This document shows positions 9,131 through 18,482 of a DNA stretch of 25,668 nt, one piece after another; position 1 is the first letter of the stretch, and every line of letters starts with the position of its first letter. A program made the translations under genes and the position numbers. Source of the stretch: a virus (Duplodnaviria; Caudoviricetes); the IMG/VR virus record IMGVR_UViG_3300025416_000037, positions 1 through 25,668 of that record; one strand, 5' to 3'. The notes beneath the pieces were generated by a model, which saw nothing but the letters and a program-made list of their open reading frames with translations, did not search any database and was not told where the DNA came from.

Positions 9131-9709
9131 TTATTGAGCGATAACCAATTCGTAGTCGCTCTTACGCTCCACGGAGGCAGTCTTGTCATCCCAAACAACA
9201 GCGAACTCACGGTCGCCAACGGCAATGACTGTACCAGCAATCTTTGTGGAGGGTGTCTCAGCAACGACTCGTGCACTAACGATCGAACCAGACTTAGCAT
9301 TGGCTACAAGACCCATGGTGAAATCAGGACGAGCTTGATCTGTACGGAAGCCCTTAATCTGTGAAGCAAACTTCTTAGAGGCCATAGCAGGAGCAAGCTG
9401 AAGGTCACCGGTACCAGCAACTTCTGGCTCCATCACCATAAGAGCACGATCTTGAGCGGGGTTTGATAGGTCATTACCCTGCATACCTTCATCAACATAA
9501 CGTTGGATCTGGCCGCCAAGACCTTCACGCTGCTCCATGTAAGCTTGCATGTTCTTTTCAAAGTGGTTGCTGTCCTCATCCACGAAGTTACCCAAATCTT
9601 GTGGGTAACGACCTTGTGCGTCTGGGGCTACAAAGTTATCATCTGGATTAGGTGCGAATGCTGTTTTATCAAAAAGTTCAGCAACTTTAATGTTCAAACG
9701 GGGTTCCAT
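9131..9709 (-). CDS. Hypothetical protein with a possible C-terminal small beta-barrel (SH3-like)
   Basis: Start placed at ATG 9709 after SD AGGAG (MEPRLNIKVAE...). The C-terminus GTVIAVGDREFAVVWDDKTASVE has an SH3/Tudor-like strand pattern. Confidence 0.6.
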   Translation of the reverse strand: MEPRLNIKVAELFDKTAFAPNPDDNFVAPDAQGRYPQDLGNFVDEDSNHFEKNMQAYMEQREGLGGQIQRYVDEGMQGNDLSNPAQDRALMVMEPEVAGTGDLQLAPAMASKKFASQIKGFRTDQARPDFTMGLVANAKSGSIVSARVVAETPSTKIAGTVIAVGDREFAVVWDDKTASVERKSDYELVIAQ

Positions 9710-9767
9710 TGTTTCTCCTGTACTTGGATACATACACTACGGTATATATTGCTCATAATTACATTGT

Positions 9768-10253
9768 TTAAATGCTTGGTGGCTGCGGTGCACCAGTTGA
9801 TTCATCAGAATATTGTTCTGATGCGTTCTCACGGGTTGCGTCTTCAACCTTTGGTGGTTTCTTTGTTTTTGTCAAATTATTAGGCTCTGGGTGAGCAATA
9901 AAACGGTTTTTTGTAGCAAAAGACCAAATGTTCTCTTCCTCTGGTTTAATGCTGGCAGCCATTTGGAATTGTTGGTTATTATCCTTTAATTCGTCATCGT
10001 ATCGGCTACGCATACCTTGAGGTAGTAGATTCTGCAAAGAAAAATCTTCATTATCTTGCTTTTTACCACCAGAATTCATTAGGCAGTAGCCGTGTGAAAA
10101 CAATGGGCGATGACCATCTACTGCTTTACCATCTTGGATAACTGGGCCTAATCCATCTACTCCAGAGGGCATATCACAGAATCTGCATGGCATTCCTGGA
10201 GGAGCATCCTTTGGTTCGATGTAGCTTCTCTTATTGTTCATTGTTTTCTTCAT
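9768..10253 (-). CDS. Hypothetical protein with CxxC...HxxC motif
   Basis: CRFC...HGYC. The start is uncertain: ATG 10253 after GGAG, or 10241. It overlaps the end of the upstream gene. Confidence 0.6.
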   Translation of the reverse strand: MKKTMNNKRSYIEPKDAPPGMPCRFCDMPSGVDGLGPVIQDGKAVDGHRPLFSHGYCLMNSGGKKQDNEDFSLQNLLPQGMRSRYDDELKDNNQQFQMAASIKPEEENIWSFATKNRFIAHPEPNNLTKTKKPPKVEDATRENASEQYSDESTGAPQPPSI

Positions 10254-12594
10254 CATCTTCTCCAGTTTTTTCGCCAATTGCTTCAAGTCCTCGGTTGATA
10301 TGACCACCTGTTAGTCCTTCAAAGAACTTAGGCTTTTCATCATCGGTGAGTTTTCTACCAATTGTTCTTTCTGCGGTATCCAAGGCATCGCCCTTACCAG
10401 AGTCTGTCTCGAGCAATTCGCCTGGGATTTCTGGCATAGGAACGTTCAGTTTTGGAGTTGGCATGCTGAAGAGAGCTTGGTTTTCTTTATCACTAATGCT
10501 CATCGGCTTAGCTCTACCAACTTCTCTAGCCTTCTCTGCTGCTGGTACTGCTTCAGAACCAAAAGAAAGATCGACAAGGCTCATGGGAGAGCCGGGTTCG
10601 ATACCAGCTCTTATATCGAGTTCTCTGCCCCTTCTTTCTCTCTCTTGGCGTGCTTCTGGATCAATTGTCTGAGAAGTTATCTTCCTATAGCCTTTTACAC
10701 CAAGTCCGTGGTCACTGATGTGGTCTGTAACCACTGGGATCTCTGTTGTGCCACCACCAACGACTCCAGTGCGTCCACAACCAGTACAACCGGCGCCTTG
10801 ACACTTATCGTGTACTACTGAAGGGAATATTTGCCTACGGGGCACACGTTCGACACTCTCACCTGCATAGCAGAACAAAGGTGCTGTTGCATCAGAAATC
10901 TTTACTGCTCGTTCTGCAGGGTAGCTTCTCAACGTTTTACCAAACTTGTGTCGGCCTGCTTTTGTGTTCGTGTGCGGCAATTCACCAAGCTTTGGAACGG
11001 CAACCTCATTAAAAATGTTATTTATTTGCTCAGCGGCTGCTTCTCGAGTGGTTCTGCCTGGTTCATCATTCCTATAATTGCGGAATTCAGTGTTTATTCC
11101 TGGGACTCTTGTGTTGTCAATAGCACCAGTTCCTGTACGTACTATGCGTGCTTCTGGTCCACGGTGTTTACGCACCTGTTCTCTGGCATCTCTAAGGCTT
11201 TCAATTGGCCTACCAGATGAAACAATGTCAACTTTTCTACCGTCTATAGAACGTGCTGTAACAGCTCCGAATGATTGGTGGTCTTCGTAAGCGTTATCAT
11301 TGGATGGTGCTGTAGCATGTTGTTCAGTGTCAGAACCAGACTCACCACGAATGAGTTCTTGGCGCATTCTGCTATCAATGAGGTCAGTGCGTTCTCCAGT
11401 TAATTTATCAACACCATGCGGGCGGCCTTCGCTATAGGTTTTGAATTGCTCTTGGCTTTCACCTTTACGAATACCAGAATCTGGGTTTGCTGTATCATAA
11501 CCACCAACCCAGACAGGGTCACCGAACGATAAGCCTTTATCGTAGACGCTACCACCTTGGAACTGTGGCGCAATATCTTCATATCTTCCAGATACTGCTC
11601 TTGGGCCAACAAGCCGAATAGTTCTTTCTGAGGAGCCGGATCTAGCGTGTGTTTCTTTCTTCGAGATCTCTTGTGGTGTATAAGGGTTGTCACTCGTTGC
11701 TGCATCCCGCTTAGCTTGCTCATTTGCGTGGAAATCTGCTCTGAGGTCATCTACAGCTCCGACAGTGCCTTTCTTGTTACAACGTCTACAAGCAACGCCA
11801 TTTTTGTCTTCGCCTTTGCCTGAACAGTCAGTGCATTGAACCTGTGTTCTATTAATTGGGCAATTTCTGCTACATGCTTTGTGAGTGCAATACTTCTCAT
11901 GGTGAAGAAACATCATGTTCTGGATACGAGCTTTTTTGTGCAAATTAAAGAAGTGTTCGTACTCAGAGACTCTGACATTACCTTTATCGCAACCATCACT
12001 ACCGCAGCCATTGCCGTTGCCATCACCATCACCCAAACAATCTGGACATGGTTTTGTTAGTTTATAACCTTTATTGTCGCAGCTGCAGTACTCTTGCTCG
12101 TTACGACGATTGATTGGCATTAATGGCTTACCACCATTCTTTTGCCCACCACAATCATCGCAAGGATAAGCATTCCTTAAAGTATCGTGGATAGCTATAA
12201 CTGCAGCACGCAACTCGTGTCTATCGGATACGTTCTGTGCTCTGATAGCTTCTTTTGCTTTTGATACTGGATTCCGTAGTGGACGCTCAACCTGTTCCAT
12301 TAAATAATCTTCAAAACGGAATGGGTCAACAGTAACGTTTTCTTGGCGCTCTTCTTCACTAATGTTTCTATCAGGGCGTTTATAAACAATACGCTTACGG
12401 TCTAACTTATTCTTTCTAGTTGTCTGAAGCTGTGAGAACTGTGGCCTATCAATCTTGCCACCGAGGTCTTCATCTGAAAGGAATTCGCGTGGTGGAATAA
12501 AAATACCAGCACCTTCCATGCCATGGACTTCATTCTCCGGCGTGATTTCGCTGGGGTCAGCAGCATACTTAGAGTTAAAGTTTTTTCTAGACAT
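10231..12594 (-). CDS. Large unknown protein with multiple DnaJ-type CxxCxGxG zinc ribbons
   Basis: 787 aa with CDDCGG, CPDCLGDG, CTDCSGKG, CRRCNKKG and HDKCQGAGCTGCGRTG. SD GAGG. No J-domain HPD context seen. Confidence 0.75.
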   Translation of the reverse strand: MSRKNFNSKYAADPSEITPENEVHGMEGAGIFIPPREFLSDEDLGGKIDRPQFSQLQTTRKNKLDRKRIVYKRPDRNISEEERQENVTVDPFRFEDYLMEQVERPLRNPVSKAKEAIRAQNVSDRHELRAAVIAIHDTLRNAYPCDDCGGQKNGGKPLMPINRRNEQEYCSCDNKGYKLTKPCPDCLGDGDGNGNGCGSDGCDKGNVRVSEYEHFFNLHKKARIQNMMFLHHEKYCTHKACSRNCPINRTQVQCTDCSGKGEDKNGVACRRCNKKGTVGAVDDLRADFHANEQAKRDAATSDNPYTPQEISKKETHARSGSSERTIRLVGPRAVSGRYEDIAPQFQGGSVYDKGLSFGDPVWVGGYDTANPDSGIRKGESQEQFKTYSEGRPHGVDKLTGERTDLIDSRMRQELIRGESGSDTEQHATAPSNDNAYEDHQSFGAVTARSIDGRKVDIVSSGRPIESLRDAREQVRKHRGPEARIVRTGTGAIDNTRVPGINTEFRNYRNDEPGRTTREAAAEQINNIFNEVAVPKLGELPHTNTKAGRHKFGKTLRSYPAERAVKISDATAPLFCYAGESVERVPRRQIFPSVVHDKCQGAGCTGCGRTGVVGGGTTEIPVVTDHISDHGLGVKGYRKITSQTIDPEARQERERRGRELDIRAGIEPGSPMSLVDLSFGSEAVPAAEKAREVGRAKPMSISDKENQALFSMPTPKLNVPMPEIPGELLETDSGKGDALDTAERTIGRKLTDDEKPKFFEGLTGGHINRGLEAIGEKTGEDDEENNEQ

Positions 12595-15112
12595 TAATAG
12601 CCTCTTGTTCGTTGCTTTCTACTGGTGTTTTAGTTGCTGAGGGTACCAACGCATCTAGCTTGCTACCAACCTCTTGCGCAACGTCAGCTCCATGGAAACG
12701 ACTCGTTGTGGACAGCAATCTTCTTTGTGCACGTTGGAAGCGAGACCAGTTTCTATCCTTCGATGGATCATCGGTCCCTGACATCATTGCAGCATGAGAA
12801 AGAGCAGTCTGAGCAAGTCTGTTATACCTACCCGTATACGAGTCAGGGATGCTTGAGATGGTTCTTGCAAGGTCACTCACAGCAGGACGCATTCTCTCTG
12901 GGTATGCCTCTGGGTCAATGCTATCGGTGCTGAACCAACGCTTCTTGACTCTCTGACCGCGTGGTGGGGTAAGAGTATTATCTGGGTAATTAGCAAAGTT
13001 TTGGCTGAACTCTTCATTCACTGCTTCCAGGTTGGCACTCGCTGCACAGAATGGAGCGTTTACGCTCTTCTGATTTGTTTCGTTAGTCTTTCTTAGCTTA
13101 GCCATAACAGTTTTAGGTATTCTCTTGCCTGGTGTCCACAACCCTAAGAACGACCTTTGATCAACACCCTTGGTTCCAGGTGAAAACGTCTGGGTTGTAC
13201 CTTGACGATAAGTTTCAAACGTTGGCACTCCGGTAGCGGGGTCAACCTTATTTGGCAGGTCATAGATCTGGTGTGGAGCACTAGTCATATCATTATCATA
13301 AGCATTTACCATAAAATTTTGGTAATGGTGCTCAGGCAAGTTAACATTATCGCGCTCAATAACGTTAATGCTGCCAGGAAGGACGTTTGGATCGGTTGGG
13401 TGAGCAATTCTACAGTTGCACGGCAGACCAAACTTTGTCTGGTATTCATCATCGCCATTGCAACGTGTACAGTCTTTATTTGCGTGGCCTTTCCACAACA
13501 TTCCCTTGATGCTGTGGGCGATGCCGTTCTTAAAACGTGAAGCAAACCTCAAATTACCTTCGTAGTCAATGCCATCATCGCGGACACGCATCTCTGGGCT
13601 TCGTCTAGTAATCTTTGTAGTGAGACGAGACAAGAACCCTGTGTTATTGCACTTAGAGCATGTATTGTCACTTGTAATTCTGATGCCAGATCCATCAGTT
13701 TGGTGGTTAGAACAAGGGAAAGCGGTTAAATCTTTACCAGTTCCGCCACAAGTGCGGCACGTAGTACCTTCGGTAGATGTTCTATCGTTGTAATGCTTAC
13801 CACCAACACAGCCCGAACGGCATGCAGGTGCATCATCTTCATTAATGTATTGCAAAAGTCCATCTGATACAACTTTTGTGTGTGGCAACAAAGTTGGTTT
13901 GCCATCTACAATTTTTTCTTTGTAATTAATGTGGCCTGGCGTAGAACAGTCGTTACAAAGAACAATGTTTTCATTCTGATCAGGGTTTGGACCATCTTGG
14001 CCACCTTTACAGGTTGGGCATGGTTGCAGTTGCTCTTCAACAAGAGTGTCCTGATTGGCAATGTTGCCTCCATAACCTTCTTTTCTTTTTTCGCCAATAA
14101 TTAGTCTACGGAACTTAGAAGTTTTGGTACCAATTCGCACCATGGGGATGTGGTTGCCCTTGACGCCATTCTTATCATCAAAAGCCTTTTGGCCTTCCAT
14201 AATTTTGGTAGTGCCATCTTCTTGCACCACTGGACGACTAATGTTTAGCAGAGGAGATTGGCTTAGCAGGTTCTCACCACTACCGGATGCACGCGGGACA
14301 AATGGGTGAATCTCTAGGTGCTCACCAGTTTTTTCATAGTGTGCTCTCGCTTCTTCGATATTAACGTGATTGACTGCTTCTTCACCACATTGGCACAACC
14401 CATTACCAACTTTGTATGGCATGCCACTGCTACTAGAAAGCAATTCACTCAACCCATCTTCGCCGCTGTTAGCAAAAATGGATACTGGATCGCTACTATC
14501 CAAAGAACGAGTAGTAGGAGTACCGTTGTTTGTGTCCCGGCCTTTAACACGTCTTTTTTTACCAGAATCTTTGATTTTTAAGAACTCAGAGAACTCATCT
14601 GTTACTTTAGGGGCAGAGGAAACAGGGCGATATGCTTCAAGCATCGCCTTTTCACCTGCACTACCGCCACGCTCTCTGTGGTGCTTCTCAATTAGAGAGA
14701 TTTCTTTCTTGCCCAGAAATTTAGAGTAGTGTTCTGGACCAAGTTCAACGCGCTCGTAGTCTTGCCCTACCCGGCCACGTAGCAGTTGCTTAAAGTGCCT
14801 AGCATAAGGAAGATTACGCTTACTTCTACCACGACTATCAGGAAGACTTTTGTGAACAAACTCGTAAGATGGTCTTTCGACATCGGGGTTCGTTACTGGG
14901 TGCCAACTGCTGTCACCAGACATCACGACGAAAGGAGCATCTAGGTCAGCTTTACGAAGACGAGATTTTGTTTGGTTTTCTCTTTCTTCTACTTCTTTTT
15001 TTCTACGATCTTGATCGACGTCAAAAGAATCTAGGTTTGTGTACGTATCTCTAACGATATTAGCAGCTACCTTTGTAGTAGAAGCGTTCTTGTTGAATAC
15101 AAACTTAATCAT
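12587..15112 (-). CDS. Large unknown protein with multiple CxxC/CxxCxGxG zinc ribbons
   Basis: 841 aa with CQC..H, CPTCKGG, CNDC, CRSGCVGG, CRTCGGTG, CSKCNNTG, CTRCNG and CNC. Confidence 0.75.
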   Translation of the reverse strand: MIKFVFNKNASTTKVAANIVRDTYTNLDSFDVDQDRRKKEVEERENQTKSRLRKADLDAPFVVMSGDSSWHPVTNPDVERPSYEFVHKSLPDSRGRSKRNLPYARHFKQLLRGRVGQDYERVELGPEHYSKFLGKKEISLIEKHHRERGGSAGEKAMLEAYRPVSSAPKVTDEFSEFLKIKDSGKKRRVKGRDTNNGTPTTRSLDSSDPVSIFANSGEDGLSELLSSSSGMPYKVGNGLCQCGEEAVNHVNIEEARAHYEKTGEHLEIHPFVPRASGSGENLLSQSPLLNISRPVVQEDGTTKIMEGQKAFDDKNGVKGNHIPMVRIGTKTSKFRRLIIGEKRKEGYGGNIANQDTLVEEQLQPCPTCKGGQDGPNPDQNENIVLCNDCSTPGHINYKEKIVDGKPTLLPHTKVVSDGLLQYINEDDAPACRSGCVGGKHYNDRTSTEGTTCRTCGGTGKDLTAFPCSNHQTDGSGIRITSDNTCSKCNNTGFLSRLTTKITRRSPEMRVRDDGIDYEGNLRFASRFKNGIAHSIKGMLWKGHANKDCTRCNGDDEYQTKFGLPCNCRIAHPTDPNVLPGSINVIERDNVNLPEHHYQNFMVNAYDNDMTSAPHQIYDLPNKVDPATGVPTFETYRQGTTQTFSPGTKGVDQRSFLGLWTPGKRIPKTVMAKLRKTNETNQKSVNAPFCAASANLEAVNEEFSQNFANYPDNTLTPPRGQRVKKRWFSTDSIDPEAYPERMRPAVSDLARTISSIPDSYTGRYNRLAQTALSHAAMMSGTDDPSKDRNWSRFQRAQRRLLSTTSRFHGADVAQEVGSKLDALVPSATKTPVESNEQEAINV

Positions 15113-15118
15113 ATTGTA

Positions 15119-15853
15119 TTATTCTTTCGGGATGTCATTCGGTGGGGTCTCACCCTGTGGGATTTCCCACCCTCTAGTCTTCGTTTTAATAATTTTCACT
15201 GGTTCTTCAGGCTGTGGCTCTGGCTTAGTTTCTTCTGGAGCAGGCGCAGATTTAGGCAGATCATTAACAATGACTTTCATAGGCTTACGATTTTCCATAG
15301 TTGGCACCGCTTCTGGCAATGCTTCTTGCAGTGGTGTAACGCTCTGGCTAATTTCAGAATTAATGTTCTGACCACGTTCTCGAGCATCAATGCGCTCTTG
15401 CATCATCTTGTTAATGTTTCTATCCTGAGTACGCTGGTCTCTAATCTTTTCAACAGTTGTACGAAGCCAGTTTCTTCTCTCTACGTCTGGAGCTTCTTCA
15501 GAGTTGAGTGGACGTGCATAAGAGCTAAAACGTTCTGTTGATACTTGGTCCTGTTGGTGTAACTTTGCGTGGTTAACACAAACATGGGCCATTTCTTGAC
15601 CCGTTGGCGTTAAATAAGCTTGTGCATCAGGGTGGTCTTTTTCTTGTGATGCAACAAAGTCTGGATCATCACCCATACTAAGCGCATACTCCTGATACTC
15701 TTTAGAGTTTCTATCGAACATGTCACAAGGCTCAATATCTGGGAAATATTTCTTAAACTTATTCTTGCCCAGTTTTTTCTTAAGCGTATGGTATAAGCAT
15801 TCAGGCTTCTGGCCATCAACTTCAATTTCTGCTGTTAGTTTATTGGCCATCAT
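15119..15853 (-). CDS. Hypothetical protein
   Basis: Probable start at ATG 15853 or 15850 after AAGG (MMANKLTAE...). Contains Cys/His pairs (CLYH, HVCVNH) and a Pro/Glu-rich C-terminus. Confidence 0.65.
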   Translation of the reverse strand: MMANKLTAEIEVDGQKPECLYHTLKKKLGKNKFKKYFPDIEPCDMFDRNSKEYQEYALSMGDDPDFVASQEKDHPDAQAYLTPTGQEMAHVCVNHAKLHQQDQVSTERFSSYARPLNSEEAPDVERRNWLRTTVEKIRDQRTQDRNINKMMQERIDARERGQNINSEISQSVTPLQEALPEAVPTMENRKPMKVIVNDLPKSAPAPEETKPEPQPEEPVKIIKTKTRGWEIPQGETPPNDIPKE

Positions 15854-17735
15854 CGCCCTTACAAGCATATTGTTCTTTAATGAACTGCCTTATTCTTTCG
15901 GGCTGTTCTCCACTGGGTACTGTTCTCTTGATAGTAGCAATGCCCTCATTATAGCCATTAGTTTTTCTATTAGCCATTATGTTCATGATTTGTGATTCGG
16001 ATGCCTCGCCATTGCGCTTTGAGCAACCACAAAAGTTGTGTGTTGCTTCTTTTGGAGCAGCTGGCGAGCTCGAGGTTGGTACTTCTTCTTCATCATCATC
16101 ATCGACGAATCTATAATTAGTGGCTCGATCCTTAATCATTTCAGCAAGAGTCAAGCCACTCTTTTTGCTTGGTTCTGTGGGCAAGGCTTCAGCCCCTTGA
16201 CCCATCTTATAATCATCCACGTTAGATATATCGAAAGGTAGACTATCTGTTTCTTCAATGTCAGTTGGTCTCTCTTTAAACTTCTTTTTCATCTTTTTAG
16301 GAGACTTGATTGGCACACCACGTGTAGCTTCATCGGCAACTTCTGGAGTCACTTCACCCGCGTTCAAACAAGTTGGGCAGACAGTAATCTTTTTAGTTTT
16401 GCCATCCTCACGAACTTCTTGTGACCATTCCTTCCATGGGCGGCCAGGACATGATTGCGTTTCATTGTGACCAATGCAGTGGGAAGATTCATCATTGATG
16501 CTAGAACCACAATCTTGGCTCTTACAATTAGAACCTGGGCAGTGAGCACTTGTATAGATTCTCTCATTGTGGTTGTTGTGTCTAGACCATCCGCCACAAC
16601 CTATGGGTGGCTCTGGGCAAGTAACCATGTTCTTTTCGAAAGTACCTTCTGAAGCCAGGTCAGCACTTGGGTTGTATTCATCGTCATCAAGGTTTGGTGC
16701 TGTTTCGTTGTCGAAATCTTCATCGCCTCTGATAGGACCACTCTCACAAGCAGGGCATCCACGGCCACCACACTTTGTGCAGGATTTGATGTTGAGCATT
16801 CTTGCCAATGAGTCTTCACCCGTTAGAGAACCAACATAGTCTTCATGTGGTGCTGTGACATCACTGGGCTCAATAAATTCTCTCTCTGCAACCTCAGGAT
16901 CATCGCGGTCATATTCTCCTGGGTTCATTTCTGAAAGAGAAGGCACCTTGCCAGCGTTGAAAACTCTATTTGATTTTTTACGATTATCTTTTCTTTTTTT
17001 AGCAGGGGGATCAAGAGCTATTTTTTTAGCAGGGGGATCAAGAGCTATTTTTTTAGCAGTGGGATCAAGAGCTATTTCAACGCCCAAGGGTTCTTCGACC
17101 ATCTTGATTGGGAAACGTGTTCTTTTACCAGCGGAGGAACGACGATCATTGTCTTCCTTCATTTTGTCCATGATGCTTCTAAGAGCATCTTCAGTGCTGT
17201 CAAAAACAACAAGAGGGTCTTTCTGAGGTTTTAATGTAGAATCATCAGGGAATTGCACGCGGTGTTTACCCCAACCCTGGCCATCGTCACCTTTACAGCC
17301 TTCTGCTTCTTTTAACTCTTCTGCAGTTGGGTTACTAGGGTCTACAGCATTATTTTTCAAGCATTGCTTACAAGCACCACCATGCTTACCAAAACCACGG
17401 CCATAAGTACCCAAACAACGTTCAAAGTCTACGCCGGGGATACTCGGTGTATCTGGGTGAAGTCCACTGCAAATTGGACAAAGCTTGACGGTGTGTACTT
17501 TTTGTTTATCTGGCTCAACGCCAGCAACATTCTCTTTAATTTTATCGAGAACAAATTTGCTTGTATCTTTAGTGCCAATAGGGTTAGTATACGTAACTTT
17601 TTCTTGATCACTTTGCCGTTTGACACTGCGTACACGATCTTTATCTACCGCAGGCATGACGGGGCGTGTAATATCGCCTTCATACCATTGCTTCTCAGCA
17701 ATTACTCTTTTAGAAGAGTTAAATAACTTCGACAT
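15840..17735 (-). CDS. Large acidic unknown protein with multiple zinc ribbons and an internal tandem repeat
   Basis: 631 aa with CPICSG, CKQC, CTKCGGRGCPAC, HCPGSNC..C and CPTCLNAG, plus a 3x IALDP(T/P)AKK repeat. Confidence 0.75.
   Translation of the reverse strand: MSKLFNSSKRVIAEKQWYEGDITRPVMPAVDKDRVRSVKRQSDQEKVTYTNPIGTKDTSKFVLDKIKENVAGVEPDKQKVHTVKLCPICSGLHPDTPSIPGVDFERCLGTYGRGFGKHGGACKQCLKNNAVDPSNPTAEELKEAEGCKGDDGQGWGKHRVQFPDDSTLKPQKDPLVVFDSTEDALRSIMDKMKEDNDRRSSAGKRTRFPIKMVEEPLGVEIALDPTAKKIALDPPAKKIALDPPAKKRKDNRKKSNRVFNAGKVPSLSEMNPGEYDRDDPEVAEREFIEPSDVTAPHEDYVGSLTGEDSLARMLNIKSCTKCGGRGCPACESGPIRGDEDFDNETAPNLDDDEYNPSADLASEGTFEKNMVTCPEPPIGCGGWSRHNNHNERIYTSAHCPGSNCKSQDCGSSINDESSHCIGHNETQSCPGRPWKEWSQEVREDGKTKKITVCPTCLNAGEVTPEVADEATRGVPIKSPKKMKKKFKERPTDIEETDSLPFDISNVDDYKMGQGAEALPTEPSKKSGLTLAEMIKDRATNYRFVDDDDEEEVPTSSSPAAPKEATHNFCGCSKRNGEASESQIMNIMANRKTNGYNEGIATIKRTVPSGEQPERIRQFIKEQYACKGDDGQ
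16995..17075. repeat. 27-bp in-frame tandem repeat, 3 copies
   Basis: Unit ttttttagcagggggatcaagagctat at 16995-17021, 17022-17048 and 17049-17075 (third copy has one substitution). Confidence 0.95.
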
Positions 17736-17765
17736 ATCAACCTAACGTTTCAATATAGGTTATTA

Positions 17766-18422
17766 TTACTTCTGGTAAGGATTCTTGTAGAGCTTATCGT
17801 TAGCAGAATTGTCAGTTTTGTGAGGAGCAGGAATAAATGGGTTCTTGCTCTTAGGATGTGGGTTACCCATTTTATCCTTCTTACCAAAATCAGGATTACT
17901 TGGGTTCATGCCAAGATCACACGCAGCACAAGTACCATAAGCACCCGTAGCTTGCTCTATAGTGGGGAACAAGCGACCACAACCGGGGCATTCGTGACCA
18001 CCAGTTTTGCCTGTTTCATAGTTCTTGTGGTAATCGTTAGGGCCAGACTTAGACTTGTATTGTGGTTCGCTATTCTTCTTAGCGTTATTGGGGTCTTCAC
18101 CGTTACCACCAGCAAATGTGGTTTCAGCAGCAAGCTTGCAGAATTGGCAAGAAGCGTGACGCAGCTGCCACTCATCGAACACGGCACGGACAAGCTTTGC
18201 TTTGGAGTCACTGACGTTAGCAAGTCTGCGGTGAGCAGTCTTCTCGATGTCCTCTTCAACCATTTGCATGCGGAAAGCAAGCTCACGGTCACTGTGGGCC
18301 ATAAACAGGAAATCACCAGTCTTGGTAAGCAACTCGTGCTTAGCAGTTACCAGGTTCTTACCAGCAAGCTTGGCATCAAATGCCATATTTACTGAATCAT
18401 CAAAATCGAACATCGAGGTCAT
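17766..18422 (-). CDS. Head-module-associated protein of unknown function, C-terminal Zn ribbon
   Basis: Start at ATG 18422 after SD AAGGAG (MTSMFDFDD...). The N-terminal helical domain with GDFLF resembles a protein I recall upstream of portal genes in cluster C-like phages. Contains CQFC and CPGC...CAAC. Confidence 0.65.
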   Translation of the reverse strand: MTSMFDFDDSVNMAFDAKLAGKNLVTAKHELLTKTGDFLFMAHSDRELAFRMQMVEEDIEKTAHRRLANVSDSKAKLVRAVFDEWQLRHASCQFCKLAAETTFAGGNGEDPNNAKKNSEPQYKSKSGPNDYHKNYETGKTGGHECPGCGRLFPTIEQATGAYGTCAACDLGMNPSNPDFGKKDKMGNPHPKSKNPFIPAPHKTDNSANDKLYKNPYQK

Positions 18423-18461
18423 CGTGTTACTCCTTATACTGTTCCCGCAGGAACGCTGGAC

Positions 18462-18482
18462 AATAGACATAATATGTCTATT
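18462..18482. promoter_or_regulatory. 10-1-10 palindrome in the spacer ahead of the structural/Zn-ribbon block (possible operator or promoter element)
   Basis: AATAGACATA-A-TATGTCTATT. A small GTTCC-N4-GGAAC hairpin lies at 18441-18454. Confidence 0.5.

Noticed and set aside
16995-17075. 27-bp repeats as a mini CRISPR array
   Set aside because: The units are directly adjacent with no spacers and lie in frame within a CDS. No cas genes are present.
10231-17735. Annotating the large Cys-rich proteins as DnaJ chaperones or multiheme cytochromes
   Set aside because: I saw no J-domain or DnaJ C-terminal domain, no CxxCH heme motifs and no signal peptides. Only the zinc-ribbon repeat is shared.
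18423-18470. N-terminal extensions in the ORF track (starts at 18470, and likewise 19481, 22542, 9733, 10307, 15868, 3459)
   Set aside because: Downstream ATGs have better SD, coupling or promoter context, so I used shorter starts.
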